In this document: one piece after another, positions 45,823-54,892 of the stretch | How positions within the stretch are numbered: position 1 is the stretch's first letter | Layout: every line of letters begins with the position of its first letter | Assembly (NCBI GenBank): GCA_016871195.1 | Contig: VFZN01000009.1 | Coordinates: 1,451-65,450, forward strand | Direction: 5' to 3' | Origin: Acidobacteriota bacterium | Lineage (GTDB): Bacteria > Acidobacteriota > Vicinamibacteria > Vicinamibacterales > UBA2999 | Length of the DNA: 64,000 bases | Notes under the pieces: generated by a model | Databases searched by the model: none | Seen by the model: only the letters and a program-made list of their open reading frames with translations | What the model was told of the DNA's origin: nothing | Made by a program: the position numbers and the translations under genes

Positions 45823-47097
45823 TCACACGTGTGTCCCCGGAGGAATCACGCCCCCCTTCGGCACCACGATGATGCCGTTGCGGATGTAGTAGCCGTCACC
45901 GTCCGCATGGTCAATGCCGGCGGCATTGACAAGCTGCACATCGTCACCGATGTGTGCGTTCTTGTCGACAATCACGCGGTCGAGCGTGACGCGGCAGCCG
46001 ATGCCGAGGGGCACGGTCTGTCCGGCGTGTGTGCGCTCGGCTTCCGGCTGATAAAAGTCAGCGCCGAGCAGCACGGATCGGCTGATGCGGCTGCCGGCCC
46101 CGATGCGCGAGCGGATACCCACGACCGAATCGGTCACGACGGCATGTTCCAGATAGCAGCCTTCGGCGATCAGTCCGTTGGTCACTTGCGAGCCGACCAG
46201 CTTCGAGGGCGGCAGGAAGCGGGTGTGGGTGTAGATGGGGTAGACCGGATCGTAGAAGCTGAACGGCGCATGCGGACGCGTCAGCATCACATTGGCATCG
46301 TAGAAGCTCTGGATGGTGCCCACGTCGGCCCAGTACCCCCGATGGGGAAAGGCCCGGACGCGGTAGCGCCGGAGGGCGGCTGGAATCAGTTCGCGCCCGA
46401 AGTCGTGGCCCGCCTCGGTCTCGAGCAGTTCGAGCAGCACGTCGCGCGAGAACAGATAAATGCCCATCGACGCGATGTACGGGCGAGCGGGATCGGCCTG
46501 GGCGAAGCCGGTGCCGCGGCCGAGCCGTGAGGTCATCCCGGCGAGCCGCTGGGCCGAGGGTTTTTCCTCGAAGCCTTCGATACGACCCCGTGCATCGAAC
46601 GTGAAGATGCCCATGCCGGTGGCTTCCTCGGCATCGACGGGCAGGGCCGCGATGGTGACATCGGCCTGCTGCTCGAGATGCGCGTCGAGCAACTCGCTGT
46701 AGTTCATCCGGTAGAGGTGATCGCCGGCGAGAATCAGATAGTAGTCGGCCTCGTGCTGGATGAAGTGGCGCTGCGCCTTCCGGACAGCATCGGCTGTGCC
46801 CTGGAACCACGCGGTGGACTCGGGTGTCTGTTCCGCCGCGAGAATCTCGACAAACCCCCGCGAGAAGTGGTCCATCCGGTAGGTGCGGCTCACGTGCCGG
46901 TTGAGCGAGGCCGAGTTGAACTGCGTGAGCACAAAGATGCGGCGCAAATCGGCGTGCAGGCAGTTGCTGATGGGCACGTCAATCAGGCGATACTTGCCGC
47001 CGATCGGGACGGCGGGTTTCGACCGGAGTTCGGTCAGCGGATGCAGGCGGCTGCCTTGACCGCCGCCGAGAATCAGGGCCAGCACCTTGCGCATCAC
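45823..47097 (-). CDS. glgC: Glucose-1-phosphate adenylyltransferase
   Basis: LILGGGQGSRLHPLTELRSKPAVPIGGKYRLIDVPISNC and a left-handed beta-helix C-terminus. GTG 47097 or ATG 47094. Confidence 0.9.
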   Translation of the reverse strand: MMRKVLALILGGGQGSRLHPLTELRSKPAVPIGGKYRLIDVPISNCLHADLRRIFVLTQFNSASLNRHVSRTYRMDHFSRGFVEILAAEQTPESTAWFQGTADAVRKAQRHFIQHEADYYLILAGDHLYRMNYSELLDAHLEQQADVTIAALPVDAEEATGMGIFTFDARGRIEGFEEKPSAQRLAGMTSRLGRGTGFAQADPARPYIASMGIYLFSRDVLLELLETEAGHDFGRELIPAALRRYRVRAFPHRGYWADVGTIQSFYDANVMLTRPHAPFSFYDPVYPIYTHTRFLPPSKLVGSQVTNGLIAEGCYLEHAVVTDSVVGIRSRIGAGSRISRSVLLGADFYQPEAERTHAGQTVPLGIGCRVTLDRVIVDKNAHIGDDVQLVNAAGIDHADGDGYYIRNGIIVVPKGGVIPPGTHV

Positions 47098-47148
47098 GGG
47101 CTCAGGATACCAGCAGACGAGAGACAGTGAGCCGGGGCTGCGGAAGGG

Positions 47149-48576
47149 TTACCAGAGGCCAATCATCTTCCACCAGCCGAAGCCGACGGTAAGCCACAGG
47201 GCCATGTTGGCCAGCGACACGATGAATCCCACGCGCCACCAGTCCCGCAGCGAGACGTAGCCGAGCCCGAACAGGATGGGGGCCGGGGTGGTGCCGTAAT
47301 GCGTGAGCCCGGCCGGCAGGTTGGCCAGGCACAGCAGGCTGTAGACCGCGAGGGGTGGGGGCACACCGAGGCCCACGAGCAGCACGACGAACGGCGGGAA
47401 GAGCGCCAGCATGTGCGCCGTGATGCTGGCGAACGCATAGTGCGTGTAGAAGTAGACGACCAGCACGGCGAGCAGCACGACCAGCCAGGGGATGCCGGCA
47501 AAAAGGGCCCCGACCGAGGTGGCAAACGCGGTGGTGACACCGGTGCCGTTGAGCAGTTCGCCCATCCGCAGCAGGCCGCCGTACCAGACGAATACGTCCC
47601 AGGCCGATTTTTCGCGCATGGCCGTCTCCCAGGCGAGCGTGCCGGTGACCAGCAGCACGCCGAATCCGGCCAGGGCGACGAAGGTCACATCCAGCCGGTG
47701 CCAGGCCGAGGTCATCCACAGCAGGCCCACGCCGGCAAACACGGCCAGGGTGATGCGCTCGGCCGTGGACATCGGCCCCATGCGTGCGAGCTCGGCCGCC
47801 GCAAAGGCCGGGGCCTCGGGCGTGCGGCGCACCTCGGGCCGCATCACGCGCTGTACGACCCAGGGCAGCACGAGCGCTGAGGCCAGCCCGGGCACGACGG
47901 CGGCGACAAACCAGCTCGACCACGACACCTCGACCTGCACCAGTGTGCGCGCGAGGTTGGCGCCGAGGATGTTGCTGGCCTGCCCGGTGAAAAACATGGC
48001 GCACGCCACGCCCGACCCCTGATAGATGCCGGCAATCAGGTAGGCCCCCAGACGGTTGGCCGTGGGGCCCGGCGCCGACTGGAACAGTTCGGCGATGCGG
48101 ACGGCGATGGGCGCGATCATGCCTGCCGTTCGCGCGGTGATCGATGGGACCCCCGAGGCCAGGGTGATATCCGTGGCCAGCAGGGCATACGACACACCGA
48201 GGGAACTGCTGCCGAAGGCGCGGATGAAGAGCAGGGCAATGCGCCGCGCGAGGCCCGTGTCCAGCATGGTGCGGGCAATGAGCATGGCGAGGATCACGAG
48301 CCACACCGACGGCTCGGCATACCCGCCCAGCGCCTGCTTGATCGGTGTGCCGTTCGCCGTCATCGCGGTGAGGCCCAGCAGCACCAGGGCCGAGGCCGGC
48401 AGCGGCTCGACAATCATGCCGACGATGACGCAGAGGAAGATGGCGGCGAGCCGCCAGCCCTCGGGCGTGACGGTATCGGGACGTGGAAGGACCACGACGA
48501 CGAGCGCATACAGCGCGGCCAGAATCAGCCATCCACGCAGGCGCGTGCGCGCGCGCTGTTCCGGGGCGTCAGCCAT
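47149..48576 (-). CDS. DASS/SLC13-family anion (di/tricarboxylate-type) transporter
   Basis: 475-aa polytopic protein. IFLCVIVGMIVEPLP...TGLARRIALLFIRAFG...GVPSITARTAGMIAPI are typical of the DASS/2-oxoglutarate-malate translocator family. Confidence 0.8.
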   Translation of the reverse strand: MADAPEQRARTRLRGWLILAALYALVVVVLPRPDTVTPEGWRLAAIFLCVIVGMIVEPLPASALVLLGLTAMTANGTPIKQALGGYAEPSVWLVILAMLIARTMLDTGLARRIALLFIRAFGSSSLGVSYALLATDITLASGVPSITARTAGMIAPIAVRIAELFQSAPGPTANRLGAYLIAGIYQGSGVACAMFFTGQASNILGANLARTLVQVEVSWSSWFVAAVVPGLASALVLPWVVQRVMRPEVRRTPEAPAFAAAELARMGPMSTAERITLAVFAGVGLLWMTSAWHRLDVTFVALAGFGVLLVTGTLAWETAMREKSAWDVFVWYGGLLRMGELLNGTGVTTAFATSVGALFAGIPWLVVLLAVLVVYFYTHYAFASITAHMLALFPPFVVLLVGLGVPPPLAVYSLLCLANLPAGLTHYGTTPAPILFGLGYVSLRDWWRVGFIVSLANMALWLTVGFGWWKMIGLW

Positions 48577-48610
48577 GCCGGCGGATTATAGTGCGCGGGC
48601 ACGGAACGTC

Positions 48611-48647
48611 GACGGGTCATTTGTTACACAGAAGTAACACGCCCGTC
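48611..48647. promoter_or_regulatory. Nested 37-nt inverted repeat in DASS / TonB-receptor divergent region
   Basis: GACGGG-tcat-tTGTTAC-acagaa-GTAACA-cg-CCCGTC. It also reads as the direct repeat GTTACA-N5-GTAACA (48623-48639). Confidence 0.4.
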
Positions 48648-48704
48648 ATTCACCGATCACATCGGGCTCCTACAGTCAGAGCTGTGATTTTAAAGGAGCG
48701 TTTC

Positions 48705-51700
48705 ATGATTCGTCTGCCGCAGTCGTTCCGCGTCGTGCTAGTGCTGCTATGCCTCTGTGCTCTTGTTCCGTCCGCGCTTGCCCAGCAGGTCGAGTCGCGC
48801 GTGGTCGGCACCGTGCTCGACACCAGTAAGGCCGCTCTGCCCGGGGTGACGGTGACTATCACGTCTGCTGACACCGGGGCCGAACGCTCCACCGTCACCG
48901 AAGGCGACGGCAGCTATGCCGTCACCAATCTGCGGCCCGGCGCCTACGATGTCGTCATCGAGCTCGCCGGCTTCCAGCCCTCTCGTCGGCGCATCGTGCT
49001 CGGCGTCGGCAGCATTGAGACCGTCAGTGTTGAACTCGGCCTGGCCTCCGTCACCGAGCAGGTGACGGTGTCAGCCTCGGCCCCGGTCATCGACCTGTCG
49101 TCGGCGCGCACGGGTGTGAATGTGTCGCCTGTGGAAGTCGAAAACCTCCCGGTCAATGGCCGCAACTTCGCCAACCTGATGACCCTCGCACCGGGTGCCA
49201 CGAGCGACGGCAACGGCGGATGGGCGTCGGTGCGATTCAACGGCAAGTCGAACCAGCAGAACTACCTGAGCTACGACGGCGTGGACGGCACGTATGTGTG
49301 GGATGCCAGCCCCGGCTACCTGAGCGCCACCGGCTCTCAGTTCCGCCTGCAGACGTCGATGGAGTCAGTCGCCGAATTCCGCGTGAATTCGGGCCTTGCT
49401 CCGGCCGAAAGCGGCCTCGGAGCCGGCGGCAACATCACGGTGGTGACCAAGTCGGGCAGCAACATGTTCCGCGGGTCACTCTTCGAATACAAGCGTGACG
49501 ATGCGCTTGATGCGGCGAGCAAATATGACAATCGCAAGCAGGCGCTCAAGCTCGACCAGTTCGGCGGATCGATCGGCGGTCCGCTCAAGCAGAACCGCAC
49601 ATTTTTCTTCATGTCTGTCGAGGCGCTCCGTCAGCGCACGGGCCTGAGCTTCACCGAGGCGGTGCCGAGCGCAGAGGCCCGGCGGCTCATCCTGGCCGGC
49701 CTGCCTGTCGGCAGCGGCGCCGGGCAGGGCGATGCCCGCACGCGTGCGGTGGCGCCGCTGCTGGCCGGATTCCCCGCAGGCCAGACATCCACGTCCAACC
49801 CGCTGGTCGATCTGGCGGCCCTTGAGACCGAGGCCACGCAGCGCGAGAACACCATCTCGCTGCGACTCGACCACCGCTTCAGCAACGCGCACTCGTTCTA
49901 TGCCCGCTATCTGTTCAGTGATGGCGAGGTCGACACGCCCGATCGCACCGTGACGCCCCGGCGCGTGCTCGCAAAGCAGCGTCCGCAGAACATCGTTGGC
50001 AACTTCCAGAGCGTCTTCGGCACCAACATCGTGAACGAAGTGAAAGTCGGTTACAACGCGCCGAAGACGAGCGCGTCCGCATTCGGCCCGACGGGCTACG
50101 ACCCGGTCGGGGTGTCACTGTCGGGCGCGTTCACGTCCTCGTCGATTGACGCCCGCGGCACCACCGGCATTGCCCGCAGCGGCCTGCTGATTCGCGCCAC
50201 CAGCGCCTCGTCAACGACCGGATCGCAGTTCGATCCGATGTCGATTTCGCTGTCAAATGCGACCACACTGACCCGCGGCCGGCATACGGTCAAGGGCGGC
50301 CTCGAATACCGTCACATCCAGTCGGATTTCAAGTTTCTGGGCAGTACGGAAATCACCTACAACAGCATCAACGACTTCATCGACAACCGTCCCAACACCT
50401 ACGCGGTGACGCAAGACTCGCCGATGTTCCGTCCGGTGCAGTTCTATCTCATCGGCTTCCTGCAGGATTCGTGGCGTGCGTCCGACCGGCTCACGCTGGA
50501 ACTGGGCCTGCGCTACGACTACTACTCGGTGGTGCGCGAAGCGAACGGACTGGCCAAGCCCTTCTTCGTGGAAGAGAACGCCTACTCGACCGACGTGAAC
50601 AACTTCTACGACCCGGACAAGAACAATTTCTCTCCGCGCCTGTCAGTGGTGTATCAGCTCAATGACAAGACGGCTCTCAGGGGCGGCTTCGGACTCTTCT
50701 ACGGCCCCGGGCAGTTTGAAGACCGCATCCAGCCCATCGAGAACTACATCGAGCGCCGGCGCGTGCAGGCCTCCGATATTCCAGCCAACGGCCTGGCCTA
50801 CCCGGTCGACCCTGCGCAGCTGCGCAACCTCCTCTCGATCCGCGGCTACACGCACCACTACCCGAACGAGTACAACATCCAGTACGGCGCCAGCCTGTCG
50901 CGCGAACTGCCCTGGGCCATCAACCTGACGCTGGGCTACACGGGCAGCCAGGGACGCGACATGTTCCTGCGCGGCGTGGGCAACGTGCTCGACCCGGTGA
51001 CGCGCGTGCGTCCGGTGCCGACATACGGTCAGATCGACTTCAAGACGGCCGGCTGCGTCGACGGCATGAAGTTCGCCGGCATCTACGCCACGGCCGGCTG
51101 CGGTCGTGCCACCTACGACGCGCTGCAGGTGAGCCTGACACGGCGCTTCCAGGCAGGTTTCACCGGCGGCATGCAGTATCAGTACTCGCGCAACCGCGGC
51201 ACGACCCAGGGGTCCAACGAAGCGGCGACCACCCAGAACACCTTCGATTTCGAGAGTGAATACGGCATCAATCCGCAGGACATCCCGCACACCTTCAATG
51301 GCTCACTGGTGTATCAGTTGCCCGGGCAGGGCTTCTGGACAGGTGGCTGGCGCATTGGCGGTATCGTCAATGCCCGGAGCGGCGTCCCTCTGAACATCAC
51401 GATCAACCGTCCCGACAACGTCACGGTGAACGGCGTGACCGTGACGAACATTCCGGGCGGTAACAGCCGCGGCACCCAGCGCCCCGACCTGGTGCCTGGC
51501 GTGAATCCCTACCTGAAGAACGGCGTGCGCTGGATCAATCCCGCCGCCTTCGCCACGCCGCAGCCCGGCACCTTCGGTAACCTGCCGCGCAACTTCCTGC
51601 GCGGGCCGGCCTTCGCGCAGATCGACCTGATGTTCAGCAAGGACTTCCGCTTCCGCAATCAGGGGCTCCAGTTCCGCGTCGAGCTATTCAACATCGCCAA

Positions 51701-51869
51701 CCGGCTCAACTATGAGAACCCGGCGACGGCGCTTCCGAACGGCACGCCCGGTGCGGCCTTCACCGACGCCCAGGTGGGTACCTTCGGCTACATGCTGGGG
51801 CCGCTGAACCGCACCGTCGGCCTCGGCACCGCACGTCAGACCCAGGTGTCGCTGCGCTATGCCTTCTAG
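48705..51869 (+). CDS. TonB-dependent receptor with carboxypeptidase-regulatory-like domain
   Basis: AAAGGAG at 48692-48698 precedes the ATG at 48705. Signal peptide ...PSALAQQ, then SRVVGTVLDTSKAALPGVTVTI. C-terminal ...VSLRYAF. Confidence 0.85.
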   Translation: MIRLPQSFRVVLVLLCLCALVPSALAQQVESRVVGTVLDTSKAALPGVTVTITSADTGAERSTVTEGDGSYAVTNLRPGAYDVVIELAGFQPSRRRIVLGVGSIETVSVELGLASVTEQVTVSASAPVIDLSSARTGVNVSPVEVENLPVNGRNFANLMTLAPGATSDGNGGWASVRFNGKSNQQNYLSYDGVDGTYVWDASPGYLSATGSQFRLQTSMESVAEFRVNSGLAPAESGLGAGGNITVVTKSGSNMFRGSLFEYKRDDALDAASKYDNRKQALKLDQFGGSIGGPLKQNRTFFFMSVEALRQRTGLSFTEAVPSAEARRLILAGLPVGSGAGQGDARTRAVAPLLAGFPAGQTSTSNPLVDLAALETEATQRENTISLRLDHRFSNAHSFYARYLFSDGEVDTPDRTVTPRRVLAKQRPQNIVGNFQSVFGTNIVNEVKVGYNAPKTSASAFGPTGYDPVGVSLSGAFTSSSIDARGTTGIARSGLLIRATSASSTTGSQFDPMSISLSNATTLTRGRHTVKGGLEYRHIQSDFKFLGSTEITYNSINDFIDNRPNTYAVTQDSPMFRPVQFYLIGFLQDSWRASDRLTLELGLRYDYYSVVREANGLAKPFFVEENAYSTDVNNFYDPDKNNFSPRLSVVYQLNDKTALRGGFGLFYGPGQFEDRIQPIENYIERRRVQASDIPANGLAYPVDPAQLRNLLSIRGYTHHYPNEYNIQYGASLSRELPWAINLTLGYTGSQGRDMFLRGVGNVLDPVTRVRPVPTYGQIDFKTAGCVDGMKFAGIYATAGCGRATYDALQVSLTRRFQAGFTGGMQYQYSRNRGTTQGSNEAATTQNTFDFESEYGINPQDIPHTFNGSLVYQLPGQGFWTGGWRIGGIVNARSGVPLNITINRPDNVTVNGVTVTNIPGGNSRGTQRPDLVPGVNPYLKNGVRWINPAAFATPQPGTFGNLPRNFLRGPAFAQIDLMFSKDFRFRNQGLQFRVELFNIANRLNYENPATALPNGTPGAAFTDAQVGTFGYMLGPLNRTVGLGTARQTQVSLRYAF

Positions 51870-51878
51870 CGCCTGGCC

Positions 51879-51904
51879 GCCCCCGGAGTCTGCACTCAGG
51901 GGGC
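51879..51904 (+). terminator. Hairpin after second TonB-dependent receptor
   Basis: 11-position stem with one mismatch, loop ctgc, starting 10 nt after TAG 51867-51869. No clear U-tract. Confidence 0.4.
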
Positions 51905-51923
51905 ATCGCCATTCCCGCCCTCC

Positions 51924-51941
51924 GTAACATCCCCGAAACAC
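51924..51941 (+). promoter_or_regulatory. Direct repeat GTAACAT-N4-GAAACAC (11-bp phasing) upstream of DUF47-pit
   Basis: GTAACATccccGAAACAC, about 20 nt upstream of the GTG start at 51963. GGGAG at 51948-51952 may be the Shine-Dalgarno. Confidence 0.35.
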
Positions 51942-51962
51942 ATCCGTGGGAGAATCCACTGC

Positions 51963-52580
51963 GTGAAGTTCCGACTCATCCCCAAAGAAGAGAAGTTCTA
52001 CGACGATTTCGCGGCGATGGCCGACCGCATCGTCTCCGGCGCGACGCTGCTCGAGCGGATGGTGTCGACGGATCCGCCGAACTGGGACATGGCGCCGCAG
52101 ATCAAGCAGGTGGAACACGAGTGCGATGCACTCTGCCACGACATCATCCAGCGGCTGAATTCCACCTTTGTCACGCCAATTGATCGTGAAGACATTCACG
52201 CGCTGGCCAAGTCGCTCGACGATGTGATGGATGCCGTTGATGCGGCGGCCGCCGTGCTGCGCCGGTATCGCATGACGTCGCTCCGCTACGGTGTGCGCGA
52301 GCTGGCGTCGCTGATCTGGCAGGCGACGATGCAGGTCAAGGTTGCCGTCGAGGCCCTCGAGAAGCGGAACGGCGTGCACGAGCGTGCGGTCGAAATCAAT
52401 CGTCTCGAGAATTCGGCCGATGAGGTGTGGGACGAAGCCCTGCGCCGTTTGTTTGAAGAGGAACCGGACGCACTGACCGTCATGAAGTGGAAGGAAGTAC
52501 TCGACCTGCTCGAAGAAGCCACGGACCGCTGCGAAGACGTGGCCAACGTCCTCGCAAGCGTCGTCGTCAAGCACGGATAG
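51963..52580 (+). CDS. DUF47 (TIGR00153) PhoU-like putative phosphate transport regulator
   Basis: MKFRLIPKEEKFYDDF N-terminus and HECDALCHDI helical-bundle pattern. GTG start. Immediately precedes the PiT gene. Confidence 0.85.
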   Translation: MKFRLIPKEEKFYDDFAAMADRIVSGATLLERMVSTDPPNWDMAPQIKQVEHECDALCHDIIQRLNSTFVTPIDREDIHALAKSLDDVMDAVDAAAAVLRRYRMTSLRYGVRELASLIWQATMQVKVAVEALEKRNGVHERAVEINRLENSADEVWDEALRRLFEEEPDALTVMKWKEVLDLLEEATDRCEDVANVLASVVVKHG

Positions 52581-52586
52581 CCTCCG

Positions 52587-53588
52587 GTGGATACCAATCT
52601 CGCGCTGGTCGTCCTCGTCGTCGGGGTCGCCCTGGTCTTCGACTACATTAACGGCTTTCACGACGCCGCCAACTCGATCGCCACCGTCGTCTCGACACGG
52701 GTGCTGTCGCCGGGGAAGGCGGTGATCTGGGCCGCGTTCTTCAATTTCGCCGCCGCATTTATTGTCGGCACCGCGGTGGCCAAGACGGTCGGGTCGGGGA
52801 TGATCGATCTGTCCGCCGTTACGACCAGTGTGATTCTGGCGGGCCTGATCGGGGCCATCGTGTGGGACCTCATCACCTGGTATTACGGCTTGCCGACCAG
52901 TTCATCGCATGCGCTGGTGGGTGGCTATGCCGGCGCCGCCATTGCCAAGGCGGGTGTGGGCGCGCTGGTGCCGGCCGGGTGGACCAAGACGCTTATCTTC
53001 ATTCTGCTCGCTCCCGGCATCGGCTTCGTGCTGGGCTTTGCCTTCATGGTGGCCATCCTGTGGATTTGCCGGGGCGCCGCCCCGTCGCGGGTCGATCGCT
53101 GGTTCCGGCGCCTGCAGCTCGTGTCGGCGGCGCTCTACAGCCTCGGGCATGGCGCCAACGACGCGCAGAAGACCATGGGCATCATCGCCGGCGTGCTGGT
53201 GACCGGCGGCTACCTGACCGAGTTTGAGATTCCCCTCTGGGTCGAAATCGCCGCATACACGGCTATCTCGGCCGGTACCCTGTCGGGCGGCTGGCGCATC
53301 ATCCACACCATGGGCTCGAAGATCACGCGCCTGCAGCCGGTGGGGGGATTTGCGGCAGAGACGGCCGGTGCCGTGTCGCTGTTCACCGCCACAGCCCTGG
53401 GCGTGCCTGTCAGTACGACACACACCATCACCGGCGCCATCATCGGCGTCGGGTCGACACGGCGACTGTCAGCGGTCCGCTGGGGGGTGGCGCGCCGCAT
53501 CGTGTGGGCGTGGGTACTGACCATTCCGGCGTCAGCGGTCATTGCCGCGCTGTCGTTCTACCTGCTCGACGCGATCGGCCTGCCGTAA
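52587..53588 (+). CDS. pit: Inorganic phosphate transporter, PiT family
   Basis: FDYINGFHDAANSIATVVST and GHGANDAQKTMGII duplicated PiT signature motifs. GTG start. Confidence 0.9.
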   Translation: MDTNLALVVLVVGVALVFDYINGFHDAANSIATVVSTRVLSPGKAVIWAAFFNFAAAFIVGTAVAKTVGSGMIDLSAVTTSVILAGLIGAIVWDLITWYYGLPTSSSHALVGGYAGAAIAKAGVGALVPAGWTKTLIFILLAPGIGFVLGFAFMVAILWICRGAAPSRVDRWFRRLQLVSAALYSLGHGANDAQKTMGIIAGVLVTGGYLTEFEIPLWVEIAAYTAISAGTLSGGWRIIHTMGSKITRLQPVGGFAAETAGAVSLFTATALGVPVSTTHTITGAIIGVGSTRRLSAVRWGVARRIVWAWVLTIPASAVIAALSFYLLDAIGLP

Positions 53589-53610
53589 CCCCTGCACCTG
53601 CGCTGACGCC

Positions 53611-54885
53611 TTAGACGCCTGACGGCGCCTGCGGCAGCGTCAGCGTGAAGACCGCCCCGCCCTCGGGACGGTTGGCGACCGTAATGCTGCCCCCCAGCAC
53701 CTGTACGAGATGCTTCACAATCGCGAGGCCCAGGCCGGTACCTCCAGGGCGCGCGCGAGACTTGTCGACACGGTAAAACCGCTCGAAGACGCGCGTGAGG
53801 TCACTGGCCGGCACACCGGGCCCGGTGTCTGACACCGTGATGACGGCCGCGCCGCCAGTCCCCGCAGCCTCGATCGTGATGCTGCCGTCTTCCGGGGTGT
53901 AGTTGACGGCATTCTCGACGAGATTCCGCACGATGTCGTGCAGCTTGGCCATGTCGGTGGTGATGCGCGCCACGGCCGGAGCGACCATCAGGTGCACCTG
54001 CTGCCGCTTGGTGGAGGAGACCTGTTCGATATCGCTGACGACGCCAGCCAGCAGCGGCTCGAGATCGCACGGTGACGCATCGGCCTGTTCCTGCCCGGCA
54101 TCGAGCCGTGCCAGTCGCAGCAGGTCCTTGACGAGCCGTTCCATCCGCGACGCCTGCGTATGGATGATCTCGAGAAACCGTTCGCGCATCTCCTCGTCAT
54201 CCGGATCGTCGAGCAGGGCTTCGGCGTAGCCCTTGACGGCGGTAAGCGGTGTGCGCAGTTCGTGAGAGACATTCGCCACGAAATCGCGGCGCATCTGGTC
54301 GGCCTGCCTGAAGTCGGTCACATCCTGCAGCACCAGCACTGCCCCGCGGCCTTCGCTGTCGAACGAGGCCACACGTGCCAGCAGCATGCGCGGCGGATCG
54401 AGCGGCAGTGTCAGCTCGAGCGTCGAGGCCGGGGCCCCCTCGAGGCCGCCGGTCAGCTGCTCGACAATGACCGGGTGGCGGAGCGTCTCGATGTAGGGAT
54501 GCCCCAGAGCGCTGCGGTCCAGCTTGAGCAGCTGGCGGGCCGCGTCGTTGACGAGTTGCAGGCGCCCTTGGCTGTCGACGACCAGCACGCCCTCGGCCAT
54601 CGAGGCCAGCACGGTTTCGGTGCGGGCACGGTCGCGGCTGAGCTGGTCGAGCTGCTGGCCCAGTTCGCGGATGGCCTGATCGAACGCACGGGCTGTGTCA
54701 CCGAGGTCGTCGTCGCCGTAGTCGGGCACATCGCGACTGCGGTCGCCGAGCGCATAGCGCCTGGCGGTCTGCTGCATCCGCTCGGCGCGCTGCTGGAGCG
54801 TGCGCGCACGGCGGCGCATCACCTGCAGCATCAGCAGAAGGCCGAGTCCGAATCCGGTGAATGACGCGATCAGCAGTGGCAGCAT
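53611..54885 (-). CDS. PhoR-like sensor histidine kinase (TM-HAMP-PAS-HisKA-HATPase)
   Basis: H-box FVANVSHELRTPLTAVKGY, N-box NLVENAVNYT, G-boxes DTGPGV and GGTGLGLAIV. ATG 54885 is chosen; the track ORF continues to 55041 over the regulator gene. Confidence 0.85.
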   Translation of the reverse strand: MLPLLIASFTGFGLGLLLMLQVMRRRARTLQQRAERMQQTARRYALGDRSRDVPDYGDDDLGDTARAFDQAIRELGQQLDQLSRDRARTETVLASMAEGVLVVDSQGRLQLVNDAARQLLKLDRSALGHPYIETLRHPVIVEQLTGGLEGAPASTLELTLPLDPPRMLLARVASFDSEGRGAVLVLQDVTDFRQADQMRRDFVANVSHELRTPLTAVKGYAEALLDDPDDEEMRERFLEIIHTQASRMERLVKDLLRLARLDAGQEQADASPCDLEPLLAGVVSDIEQVSSTKRQQVHLMVAPAVARITTDMAKLHDIVRNLVENAVNYTPEDGSITIEAAGTGGAAVITVSDTGPGVPASDLTRVFERFYRVDKSRARPGGTGLGLAIVKHLVQVLGGSITVANRPEGGAVFTLTLPQAPSGV

Positions 54886-54892
54886 CACACCC

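Noticed and set aside
47102-48532. Alternative-frame long ORFs over the DASS (47102..48532), rhomboid (36457..37506), M28 (37212..38486) and MFS (56186..57868) genes
   Set aside because: The translations are Arg/Pro/Gly/His-rich with no TM or catalytic motifs. The chosen frames give clear family signatures.
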